From Utricularia gibba (taxonomy: Eukaryota > Plantae > Magnoliophyta), in assembly GCA_002189035.1 (NCBI GenBank), contig NEEC01000025.1, positions 558,001-622,000 on the forward strand: 64,000 nucleotides of DNA. Reading direction: 5' to 3'. The notes under the pieces are model-generated. The model was not told the DNA's origin, did not search any database, and saw only the letters and a program-made list of their open reading frames with translations. Shown here in pieces: positions 24,013 through 35,299 of this stretch. Position 1 is the first letter of the stretch. Every line of letters starts with the position of its first letter. The translations under genes were made by a program, and so were the position numbers.

Positions 24013-25302
24013 TCTCCAATTTTCCGTGCCTCAACCCCCGAGAGATTTTCAGAAAGAAAGGCGTTCGATTATGTAATTTTGTAGCATTATTGGGCCATTT
24101 TGCAGATTATACCCAACAAGCTGTGGGTTTAGGCCCAATGCGGTTTTCCAACGTTATGAAGTCGCCCACCTTAAATTACTAAACTAACTTGGTAGGCATG
24201 CCGAAGGAAACATAACGGCTACCGTCTCCGCGTCGTCGGTTTCCGCATCAGTATACGGTGCGCCGCCGCAAGTTGTCCTTCCCGACGAAGTTTCGATCGG
24301 TCTTCGAATATGCTGATGCTCTTCTTTCTTCTTGTTTTTTTATTTCTGCAATTTATGTGTCTCTGGTTTTTGATTAAGGTTGTAGGCCCCCGACTGATTG
24401 AAGTGTTTGCCTGGAGTAAATGAGACAATGCTCCATGGACCGCCACTGCCTTCCTCAGTGCCGGCAATGGCATCATTACTCGCTGGCTTCCGGAAGGTGC
24501 GTGATTGCTAAAATTTGAAACTCTTCTGTCTGGTAATTGTCTCTTTGTTTTGTCTACCATTTCAATGAGATGACTGTTCTACGTTCCTATCTCTGTGTAG
24601 ACGTACTGGCTCTGCTTCCCTCGAAATGACTCTTAACGCTTGGTTTTAGTATGAAATTTAGGCGCTAATAAACTTGAATGAAGATAGAGAAGCTGAAGGA
24701 AGCAGTATGGACAGTTTCAGATGGAAGACAAGTACTAGTGGCATCCTCCTTGTCGCGGTTGTAATGTTCAGTGACCCCTTGATTGCAGAGTCAACTTGCA
24801 TAGCAGCACTTGCGTTGTGATTAGATGAACTTTCTCCAACGACCACAGAGCTTTCTGAGGCGAATTCCACATCTTCTGAAGCTTTGTTTCGTCGGTGTTT
24901 CATGCCATTCATTCTGCACAGGTATATGAATGGCATACAACAAGTTTTTCTATGTGGTCTGTCCGAGAGAACGGGAACGGTGCCATTATGATAATAGACA
25001 CGAGGCACCTACGGTGCTTCCTTATTCAGATACGAATTCCTTGGCCGCAGAGTAGTTATCTCCACAAGTTTCAGGTTCACATCACAAGAAGGAACATCAA
25101 TGGAATGAAGTTTTTCAGGTAACAAGAATTTCTCATCACCTCGAATTTGCATGGGAAAATATCCGTCATTGAGAAAGGTGGATTAGTTTCCCAGATTGTG
25201 TTTCAACGGAGAAGTGATCATCCTGCTTGGCTTTGTTGAAATTTCGACGAATTTGGATTCAACTTTCCTTGGCACCTTTTCACAGCTCCAAGGCAATTTG
25301 AT

Positions 25303-26889
25303 TCAGGCAAAAGACGGTGGTATCTTGGACATTCCCTGCCTCTGTAGCTCAACCATGACGCTGTCCACAGACGGCGGTTTAAGACCGAGTGGCAGCGGCA
25401 TCCATGGCTTCGACAGCACATCTCCGATGGCTGCATCGATGGTTTCCGTTGACTGTAATGCAGTTGACGGATATCAGAAAAATGCATAGTTATCCTTGAA
25501 TTCATGAAAATTTGAAGACTAAAGTTTACTGGGTGAATGTCTGCAGGAGGTTGAGGAAGTGTTTGGCCGTGATGCATAGCTGGAAGGGGAAGGTTGGTGG
25601 TGGCGGTGGTGGTATACCGGGAACGGGAACGGCCGGGAACCTTTGCGCTACTGGCGGCGGGAGATGTGGCGAAAAGCATGGCGTTCCTGGTGTTGGGACC
25701 TGTGTGCGAAGTGAAAACAGTGGACCAGAGGTCAGTAACGCCAGGCTAAACTGAAAGGGAGTTGGCGTCACACGGTGGACTCACGTGGTGGTGGGAATCC
25801 ATAAAGAAGGGTCAGCAGGTGGCTGAGAATTGGGTGTTTGTGCCGTCGCCGGCCAAGCATGCGGCGGTGCCGGTGGCTGAGACAAATGCTTGGGAGGCCA
25901 CATGTGCATATACGATTGGTCAACGGATGGGTGACCCCAGACATGAAGGGGCGTGAACGACGGTACCGTTGGCACCGGAGGGAATCCGAGAGTGGGTGGC
26001 GCAACCCATGGGGTTATATGATCTTTCTTCGCCGGACCGGAACCCCCGGCTGCAGATGCGCCATATATCTGCCGCCGCTGGTTCCAGTTCGCCGCCTCCG
26101 CCTCCCTGGCCAACAAATGTTTCCGGTGGGAACGGTATTTCTGCAAGATGTGATTTTTATGAGTCCCAAAATAGAAAAGGAACAAAGCAGCAGAATCGCG
26201 CAGTACCCACTTCTAGTTTCTCGCGAATATCCAATCTTTTGATGGAAAAGAATAATAAAACAATACCTGGAGATGGCTAGCAACGTTATGGCGAGTTAGA
26301 CAATCAATCCCCATGAGCTCAAGAATTCTTGACGGCACCGCCTTGTCTACCCCCAGCTGCTCCACCGCCTGCACAAATTTCCGGTGGAGCTCCGGCGTCC
26401 AGTCCACCTGCGAATCATCCAAAACAGTGATGAAGTTTCTGCTGCTAGATCTCAGGAAACATGGGATGGATGAGTTCCCTGAATGCCGCCGCTATCACGG
26501 AACAGTTGCTGATGTTTAAAAAATTAGGGGTTCGATCTGGATCCCCTTACCTTAACTTTCTTCTTCCCTGTTAGATCTTTCGAACCGGGTGCTGCAGATC
26601 TCTTTTCCTTGATAGAAGATCTTTTCTTGAGTTGAGCTGATGATGGTTCGGATGCTGTTTTCTCATCTTTCGTGTTGAATTCGTCGGCGTTGGGGACCGA
26701 GAAATCCGGGAAGCTCCCCGGGTCCATTTGGAGATCGCCATCGTTGATTCCGGCAAAGAAGTCATCGAAATCAAGGGTTTCGAGGAGACTCTCGACGGAG
26801 AAATCGGCGCCTTGCAAGGATGGATCTTGCTCCATCACTGCGGCTTCCCTTTCATTATTCAAGCTTCTGGGAGGAAGCACAACGAGCAT
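25303..26889 (-). CDS. GLK: GOLDEN2-like (GLK) GARP transcription factor; two apparent 1-nt losses (~25793-25795, ~25586-25589)
   Basis: KKKVK|[33 protein letters not shown]...[11 protein letters not shown]|[21 protein letters not shown] domain and AREAEAA motif. Last exon [38 protein letters not shown] is the GCT box. Confidence 0.93.
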
Positions 26890-27186
26890 GACTCCCGAGG
26901 ATGATCAGTTACAGTTCTCCGGAGTGGCGTTGCAGAGGGAGAGGAGAGAAGGTGAGTGGGATTTTCAACCGCGGAGGAAGGAAGCCTCGCCTCTGTCAAG
27001 GTTTTGTTTCTATGTCGCCGCTGGCTCCTCCATATTTATGCATGCCAATATTTATTTATTTTTTTTAAAAAAAGAAAAGAAACCAGAAGCAGTGTTTTGA
27101 ATTCGAAAATACATCCTCCTTTTCCCAAGAGGAATAAGAAGAAGAAGAAGATGAGAGCATCAAAATTACACACACAAGGCATGCAT

Positions 27187-27213
27187 ATGTATGTATGTAT
27201 GTATGTATGTATG
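27187..27213. repeat. (ATGT)n tetranucleotide repeat upstream of GLK
   Basis: atgtatgtatgtatgtatgtatgtatg read directly. Confidence 0.9.
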
Positions 27214-29500
27214 CAATGGGGCGGCGTTTGGTTTGGGTTGGGTTGGGTTGTCCAGGCGGAAACCTACCGGGTACCGCCGGGCAAGTGCCAAGCAAGGTGA
27301 CAACCAGTCGAATCGATGTCGCCCTGCCCTGCCCTGCCCTGCCCTTTGAGCGAAGGAAGGAATGAGCGAATGGATGTGTGTGCAGTGAGTGTAGTGTACT
27401 CGGTACTCACAGCATCCATCCTTTCAAGGGCTGTGGTGTGGTGTGTTTCGTTCCGGCGGGGTCGGGAAAAAGGGGGGGGGAGGGGGAGGGGGTATCCTCG
27501 TCATTTCCTGTGAAAATAATAATGAATAAGAATAGGAATAGTTGACGTGGCGACCCCCCTCTGAAAATAAATAAATAAATAATCATCCCGAGTCCGAGGA
27601 CGTCGTTGCGCCACGTCCCTGCACTTGAGAGACACAGACTTTTATATTCTGTATTTTGGTCCACGTCGATGACTAAATGCGCGGGGGCCACCCCCTCCCC
27701 TCCCCCCTCAAATATAAAATACTTAAAAAAACCAACGAGTATTATTATTATTACTACTCCGAATAAAATGAACCCAAGTGCAAATTCCCTTCCCTTCGGC
27801 CTCGTCTCGTCGCCACTGCTACCAGGCAGCAGTAGGCAGTATATGCGCGGGGACGGGGACGTTGGTTGATTGGCTCGTTCGCTCAGAAAAATAGGGTTTG
27901 AAGGAACTTGTGTGCTGGGCGATGATGGGCTGTGCTGTGCTTTTCACCTGTGTACGTCCAGTGCCGTGGAGGGGCGAAAACAAACTCTCCCTCCCTCCCT
28001 ATCGGCTGCCTGGTAAGTGGTAAGCCTTGTTGGTTACTGGATTGGATTGGATTGGATAGGAGCGGCGACAAGTAGGGGAGGGAGGGCATGGGGTCAGTCA
28101 GTGAATGGAATGGAATGGCGTGGGGGGTCAATGCCTGCCTCTCTGTCTCTCTCTCTTTCATGGGCTACTTGGCAAAGAGAAGACCAGAATCCATCCATCC
28201 CTCTTCTTGTGTTTGGATTGAACGAGCCCCTCCGGCTCCGGTCCCGTAAATGCCGCTGCACCTCCGGTTCCGTCCGGGGAGCATCACGTTAAGCCGTGGA
28301 GAGGGAGGCCTGCGCTGTTGGATCTCCTTGAATGGAATGGAATGGACTGGAGTTGGGGCTAGTTTAGTTTCGGGGCGGGGATCTTGAGATTCGGATTAAG
28401 ATCCGATTGGTTCACGCGCAAGTCTATGTGCTGTGTGCTGTGCTGTGTGCTGTGCTGTGCTCCCTAGAAGACCAAGTCCATCAGTGGTTTTCCCGCAGGG
28501 GCAGCAGTTGCCGTCACCACCAACTAATCATTGAACAACTTGGATAACTCACATTAATCGCATCATCTTCCTCTTCTCCAAAACCCACCTAGCCTTCCCT
28601 TCGTTTTCCTTCCATTGCAGACGGGCCTAGGCCTAGGCCTAGGTCAGAACCCAGAGCGCTACCCCTTAGTTTATGCTATCTTACTGCAACCCTGACCTGA
28701 AACTGGCTTGCCTTGGCTATGGCAATCAATTTTTGCCATAACACACACACGCTCGATCAGCATACTCAACTCTTTCCCCCCGCTCGTGGTCGTGGGTACA
28801 ATCTCCTCCTCCAAGGCTCTAACCAACCCCTCCCGGTTTGTGTTTATGAACCAAGGGGGGTAGCAGTTTTTGCCTTAAAAAAAAAAAAGAAAAGAAACTG
28901 GAGGTTTTCAGAGGAATGTGACAGGATAAGAAGAAAGGGATAGAAGAGAAGATATCCCTGTCTCTGGCCGAAAATTGGCGGGGACTTTACACTTCCCAAC
29001 GTTTTCCTGGCCAAACACTTTACACTGTGCACCCGTGAGCTGAGGTGAGCACCGTGTGAAAACAAAAGAAAAAAGGAAAACAACAACGCCCTGTCTGTCA
29101 CTCCTATTGATTGATTTTACCTTTGCACACATTTGTTTCGTCCCTCAGATTTACTCACTGACGACGGAGCCTCGCCCATTTCTCTCACACACACTAACCA
29201 CAAAAAAATAGGTAATTTTATAACAGTAGATATTTTTCAAATTAACTCCCCGGCCCCGCCCCGGTCTCTGGTGAATTTAATACTTGCACATGTCGCCTGT
29301 GGTTAGCCACAAGTAGGCAGGCAGGCCCTCTGAGGACTGGACAAGACAAGGAAGGAAATACATGTTACTGGATAAAGTACGTTTCCGTGGTTTTTTGGAA
29401 GATAAAAAGGGCCGTTGTTATTTCACTTCACACAAGGCCTTGTTGAGGCTATCTTATTATCATACATCCAGAAAGCGCTTTCAGAAGGAGGAGCACGGGG

Positions 29501-32500
29501 CTAGTAAGCTTCAGCCTGAGACCATGAGTTCGCTGCAACCCAGTCAAACGCAATGGGGCTCAGGAAGGCATCAGGAATCCCGAAGGCAGTGACCAGAGCA
29601 AGAGCATGAGGCCTTATTTCGCTGCAGAGCTTCGGGATCTCCTTTCTCACGGTGGCAGCATTCTCCGTTGTCAAGTAACCGTATCGGAGAAATGCCGCAT
29701 CTTCATCCAGTGTGGCCATGACGTATGTGGTCCTCAACACAGAGAGGATGCTCTGCAACATTCTTTGCATGTGATGACGTCTGGGGATCCCCCGGCAATG
29801 CAATGGGGAAACTGGGAAAGTGAGTTACCTTAAGAGAGGCATCTGCAGAGCTCATCTCGGCTTCCACGAAAGTCTGAAGGATTGAACGGTCTGCGAAGGC
29901 ACGTCCCAGATCTTCAGCTAGCTGATAATTCTGCAGAAAAAAAAAAAAAAAAAAACACGGCTGATCGCAGAGGAGTGGCAACAAAACAGAGTGTTTCAAA
30001 TCCGGGATGCATATTTACGGCAGCTGAAGCCATCTCCTTGCTATATCCCTGCGACTGGCATCTGGAAACCTCAGCAGCAAACCGGTCTAAAAGATCCCTT
30101 TCTCTCAGGCAAAGGATGTCATTCTGCAGCATTTCGAGCAGTCGTGAGAACCACTAATCGTTGTTATTCGTGAGAGAAACAGGGAGAAGCTTTGCATGTG
30201 ACCTGAAATTGACTGTTACGGAGTGTGGCTGATGTAAGCTGCCAAGGAATAACAGGACGAGGCTTGTTCATATGATCCAATCCCAGTTCTTTAAAGGGTT
30301 TGTTTTTCTTGTTCGCAGCCACATACTCAGCTAATAATGCCTTGCTCACCTGAAATGAGAGTTTTGGTCGCCTCATTATGGGAGTTGTGGGTTTTGCTTA
30401 ATCTCACTCTGTATACCTGTTGCATCAAAACATTGTTATCTCCCTCAAAAGTAGACTGCACATCAAATTCTCCCTTTTGCTGACCGATGCGGTTCTCCGT
30501 TTTCAAGCCTTGACCCCCACACGCCTCACGACATTCCTGAGTTCCAACTCAAACAGTAGATGTAAGACACAGGCAACTCATTGTATGCATAAAGACGGAA
30601 AGGACACCTGCAGAGTTTGCATGTTATGCCACGTTAGAATCGCCTTGAATGCACTGGAAATCACATGAATCGCCTTGCTTAATTGTGGTGTACGTTTGAC
30701 ATACAACATTTTCAAGTAGTTGGCAGCAAAGCTCATTGCATATCTGCAACACCGGAAACATTATGGCTGGCTTCTGAGAAAGCATAGAGCGAGTTTATAT
30801 TCAGAAAAAAAAAAAGGAAAATCCTCAACGTTTTGGCAAGAAGAGGCAGAAGGCGATGCTGGTGACTCGGGTAGTCAAGCAAGAGTACTTCACTGCTATT
30901 TGGTGTAATGGAGAATGCCCGCCTTGTCAACGAGTACCGAATGGCTATGGCTAATCCAACCTACAAAAGTTCAGGGAACAGATAAATGGCTAGTTCCAAG
31001 TGCCAAAGTAGTGGAGACAGCACGAAATTCCAGTCACCTTTGCTGAGTAAACAGCAGCAGCTGCAATGTTAACACGACCAGATGTCAAGGGAGCCATGAA
31101 TGCTCCAAATCTCTGAAACCAAGAGTTATATACTAATCCACTAGGAAGAAAGTACGTAATTCAAACCGTGAAGCTAATGCAGATCATATCACCTGATCTG
31201 GGTCCTTTATTGAGCTCAAGTACTCGCCATTTGGAGAAACATCAGCGACTGAGTTCAATAAGTTTTCCCTTGGGATGCGTACATTATCAAACCTGAAAGA
31301 AATCCATTTTGGCAGGATTTTGATGATGATATGAACAGATACTGTGGAACACGAGTGTACTAGTCGCATTTGTTTCATACCAGATTCGCCCATTGTCCAC
31401 TCCATTCAAACCAATCTTGTGGCCGCAATCAGCAATATGGATATTGGGGCAGATGTTTCCATCTGCATCTCTGATCTGTGCAATGAAAGCATGGACGCCC
31501 TCATTCTTTCCATTAATGATGAGCTGGGAGAAGGCTATTGTGTGCGTTGCATGCTACAGAAACACGGAACTTGTCACGCACCATGAATACCAAGAAACAA
31601 GACATGGAGCATGCGGATCATAAAAATACAAGTAAATACCAACGCTGCTCCACCAATCCAATACTTCTGAGCTGATTCACATGGAGTGTTGATGACAAAT
31701 TCTCCAGTTGTAGAATCATACGTGGTGATCGTTTCAATGCCACGAACCTGAAAATGCACGGACTCAAACTGCATCATTTCATCTCAAGCTAGTAGGTTAA
31801 CATGTTTCATCCAATATCCATGCACATACATTGCTTCCATGCCCTAATTCTGTCATTGAAAAGCAGCCTTTGACTATGTAATTTTCTGTGGCACTCAACC
31901 ACTTATCATGATGCCTCTTCGTGCCGAAAAACTGAACCGCGCCACCCCTGAACCATTAACAGGACGAACCTCAAAATGCGCAACTGGTAGATCAACATAA
32001 AGGCATCCGAAATAACCAAACACAGAACATACTAGACATAAGTATTCCTCCACAAACAATCTACATATTGTGAAACTCCATGCACATTTCTAGCAGTTAA
32101 TTGTTTAGAGTCCCTATACAATTTTGCACTAGAGTCGAATGTCTTCATCCTAAGGCACATAACATGAAAAATACCTCAACCAGAAGTTGCAAGGAAAGAA
32201 TTATATCTCAGTCATAAGGATAAATTACCATAGGAAGAAGTGGACACCAAGCTTTATAGCAAGGGAGTGATCGAAAATTGTAGCCACTTCCAAAAGGGCT
32301 AACTTTCTCAACTCCGATTCAACTCCTCCTTCGGTAAGCCAACCCTTGAACACTCCATGATCCAGCAAAAATTCGATTCTCTTCATCGTGATCTCCCTCT
32401 GCTGTTCCATAGACTGATTATAATCCGGCACAACGAAAACTTTTCCACCTCTCAACTTCCGATTGAAAAGGTTACTTTGGATCATCAAATTGAAAAGCCA

Positions 32501-32698
32501 ATTCCTGTCCTCCACGTTGTGCCCATCCATCAGTTTTCGCATCGACTCGACGTCGAACGAAAAGGGTTTCTCTGAAAACTCTGGAGGAGTGTAGGCGAGG
32601 CATGGTGACGATGAAACGATGTTGGTTCTACTTGCATCGCAGGGGTTACCCTGAAGATGTCCAGCTAACACCTGCGTCCTGAAACCTGATCTCTCCAT
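29501..32698 (-). CDS. ACX3: Peroxisomal acyl-CoA oxidase 3 (medium-chain), multi-exon
   Basis: Cleavable PTS2-like RTQVLAGHL; [18 protein letters not shown]; KLGVHFFLW|[13 protein letters not shown]; [13 protein letters not shown]; NGVDNGRIW; CREACGGQG; [13 protein letters not shown]. Exons checked appear in frame. Confidence 0.95.
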
Positions 32699-33536
32699 GG
32701 GGGTTCTTGTATGATCAAAATGGGAATCCTCGCCTGGAATTGAAGATGTCAATTTTGGGCAAGGGAAAGCGGAAATATACAGGCAATGAATTTATTGCAC
32801 TCCCATTGGGATTATCCAAAAGTTTGCCCCATACGTCTTACCAAATTATATACACAGACGTATCCATGGACGCATCCCAAACTTCGAAATCTAGAAGAGG
32901 TGATAATGAATGAGATCTTTTCAGCGGATAAAAGTCCAGTTTTGAAGATGATGGCTTCCTGAATACAACGGGCAAATTCCCTGGTTTTCTTCAAAACTGT
33001 GCTTTTTTAATGGTTGGTAGTGCGATTTTCAACTGGCATAATGGATTGCCTTCACTCTTGAAAAAAGCCGGATTGGACTGCATTTCCCTGGCAAAATCCA
33101 ATTTGATGTCAATTTAGCAAGGGGCTGTAAACGAGCCACCGCCATTACCTGCACATCGTCATCATCACCCGGTTCTTCCACTGTGTAGCCTTCGAAACCC
33201 CATAGGAGCCGGCTCTGTTTTCAGACTCCCAATCTCGTTTTTGACGGAAAAACTAGCACGCATGCGTTGGAAGCGTCCTCCGGGGGAGGAGCGGCAACTA
33301 GTGGCGGCGATCGGCCCAGAAGTATTTGGGCCTTCTTACTGGGCCACATTCATCATGTTTTATATTCGCGACATGGGCCGTTTTCATCTGTTTACTACCC
33401 GTACGGAAGGAAGGGGGTTCGTGGGGGCAAAATGTTATATGAAGCGATTCGACACTAAACACGTGCTGACAAGTGACATCGCAATGATTGTACAAGGTGA
33501 AGGTACTGTACTCATGCCTCTGGATGCCGAGGTTTA

Positions 33537-34149
33537 TCAGTTGCGATTGTCCTCCTCTTTGTCGCCGCCGTAGATTTGTGACGGGTATCGGAACCCTCCG
33601 CAGCGCCACGGCTGTAAACCCACATGATCGGCCGGAGCTGGCACCCACGGATGCGCCTCTAATGCGGTCCCATCCATCATCACCATCATCATCTCCCTGT
33701 GAGCAGAAGAATGCTCCGGCGGCGGATAGCAAGTGGTGTCCATGGGGTGGTTTACAAGAAACCCATTTCCCTGAACACGAGCGGCGTAGAGAGAAAGGGC
33801 CAGATTCTGGGACTGGAGAGACTCCGCGGGGGCGGAATCAAGGGATTCATAGTCAAATTCATGAAGGAAGAGCCGGTTGCAGCTCCCTGCCCCAATTCCC
33901 GCGACCCGCAGTCAAATTCCGCTGCCGGCGGCGAGTGGTTGAGCCTTGCTATCTCGCTTCTAGCCTTGCTGATTAGCCAGTCGACGGCTTTAGTGGGTTG
34001 GTCGTAGCCCAAACGGTCCTGCAATTCGTAGAGTTGAATGGCGGTGTAGGCAGAGAGCCTCACTCTCCTATCCTTCATCCCTTGGGCGTTTGGATTTTGG
34101 TGTGGCGATTACGCTTCCGGCGCATCTCGGGTTCCGTATCCGCGTCCAT
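33537..34149 (-). CDS. TCP: Class II CIN-type TCP transcription factor, intronless, ~204 aa after restoring two 1-nt losses (34079-34081, 33828-33832)
   Basis: MDADTEPEMRRKRNRHTKIQTPKG / MKDRRVRLSAYTAIQLYELQDRLGYDQPTKAVDWLISKA / ESLQSQNLALSL...GGFRYPSQIYGGDKEED. Span is 613 nt, +2 = 205 codons. Confidence 0.82.
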
Positions 34150-34528
34150 TGCTCTTGGCTCAGATTTTTGCAGAATTGAGGGAAGGAGAAGAATGGGATG
34201 AAGATGATGATGGATGCAAGAAGAGATACACAACTGAATGCAACAGTTGACGCATTGCACAGAGAGTGGCCTACGCACCTCCACCGCACAACACAACGCC
34301 TCCGCCGCCCGTCCGTCCCAATTTTATGGGCTGCCACATGCCAATAAATAAATAAATAAAGTTTTCGCGGGCTGCAACTGCATCGCTCTCTTTCTTAACA
34401 CGGATCCATATATGAGCCCGTTATTATTATGGGCCGGAATTGGCCCATTATCCCCCCCACCCCCCCCCCCCCCTCAGTTGCTGCTGTTCTCTGGATCGCT
34501 GCTTCTCAGCCCCATCATCAGTTTCACC

Positions 34529-34953
34529 ATGGCAACCGCTGCGCCTATGCCCTCCGCTTCCACCACCTGTACTCTCGATATGTCTTGTAGCACGCCGTCG
34601 AAATCGGCAACTCTCTCGTTCGGCTTTATTTCGTCGACATCCCCGTCGCTTAGGCTTTTTCAGGCTGCCGCGGGTCTTTCCTGATGTGGCTCATCATTGG
34701 CTGCCTGCATGGTCTCTGCCCCGGCGATCCCTCCTCCTGCTTCTCTCGATTTCGAGACATCCATTTTTACTAAGGAAACAATCAGCCTTTCTGGTCTCGA
34801 CGAGGTCATGTTTCGGTTTTGTCATTCCGAATCTGCTGCTGTTTTATTTTGTTAACAAAATACTTAATGCAGCAAGTATACAACCTGTTCAACCTGTTAC
34901 CAGATGCATTCAAAGGTATTAAGCAGATTGGGGGTTATTAGCTGGGGGTCTCA
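34529..34953 (+). pseudogene. Ketol-acid reductoisomerase (KARI/ILV5, plastid) 5' fragment
   Basis: Transit-peptide-like start, in-frame TGA at 34682-34684, then GSSLAACMVSAP...ASLDFETSIFTKETISLSGLDE| and [23 protein letters not shown]|. No further KARI exons recognised before the PEPC 3' end. Confidence 0.88.
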
Positions 34954-35299
34954 GGTGTTTATAATGGACCTTCGTTTCAGATTTTCTGAGCTGCCCACCG
35001 GCGAAATATAATGGATCTTCGCCGCACTTTCCATTGTGCTTCTATAGGACAACAAAGAGCTCTCCGTTTAAGTCAGGGGGGATGCGTCAGTCTTCGCGAT
35101 CATTTTGGACCAGTCTTCATGATCTGGGTTCAGGATATCATTTTTATTTCGTTTCAATCATCGATATTCGTATTTTAACTTATTAGTGAGGATGCATAGC
35201 GCAGCCCGACAGTTGATGCAACACATCACCCAGCCGAAGCCACAGGACACAGACGCGGACACTTATTCTGATAACCTCACTGAACATCCCACAGCCTTG

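Noticed and set aside
28705-28722. TAGCCAAGG (miR169-like) on the minus strand
   Set aside because: Only 9 nt match and no precursor hairpin is evident.
33075-33090. CAGTCCAA miR319 seed-like match on the minus strand downstream of TCP
   Set aside because: The rest of the site does not pair, and it lies about 450 bp past the TCP stop.
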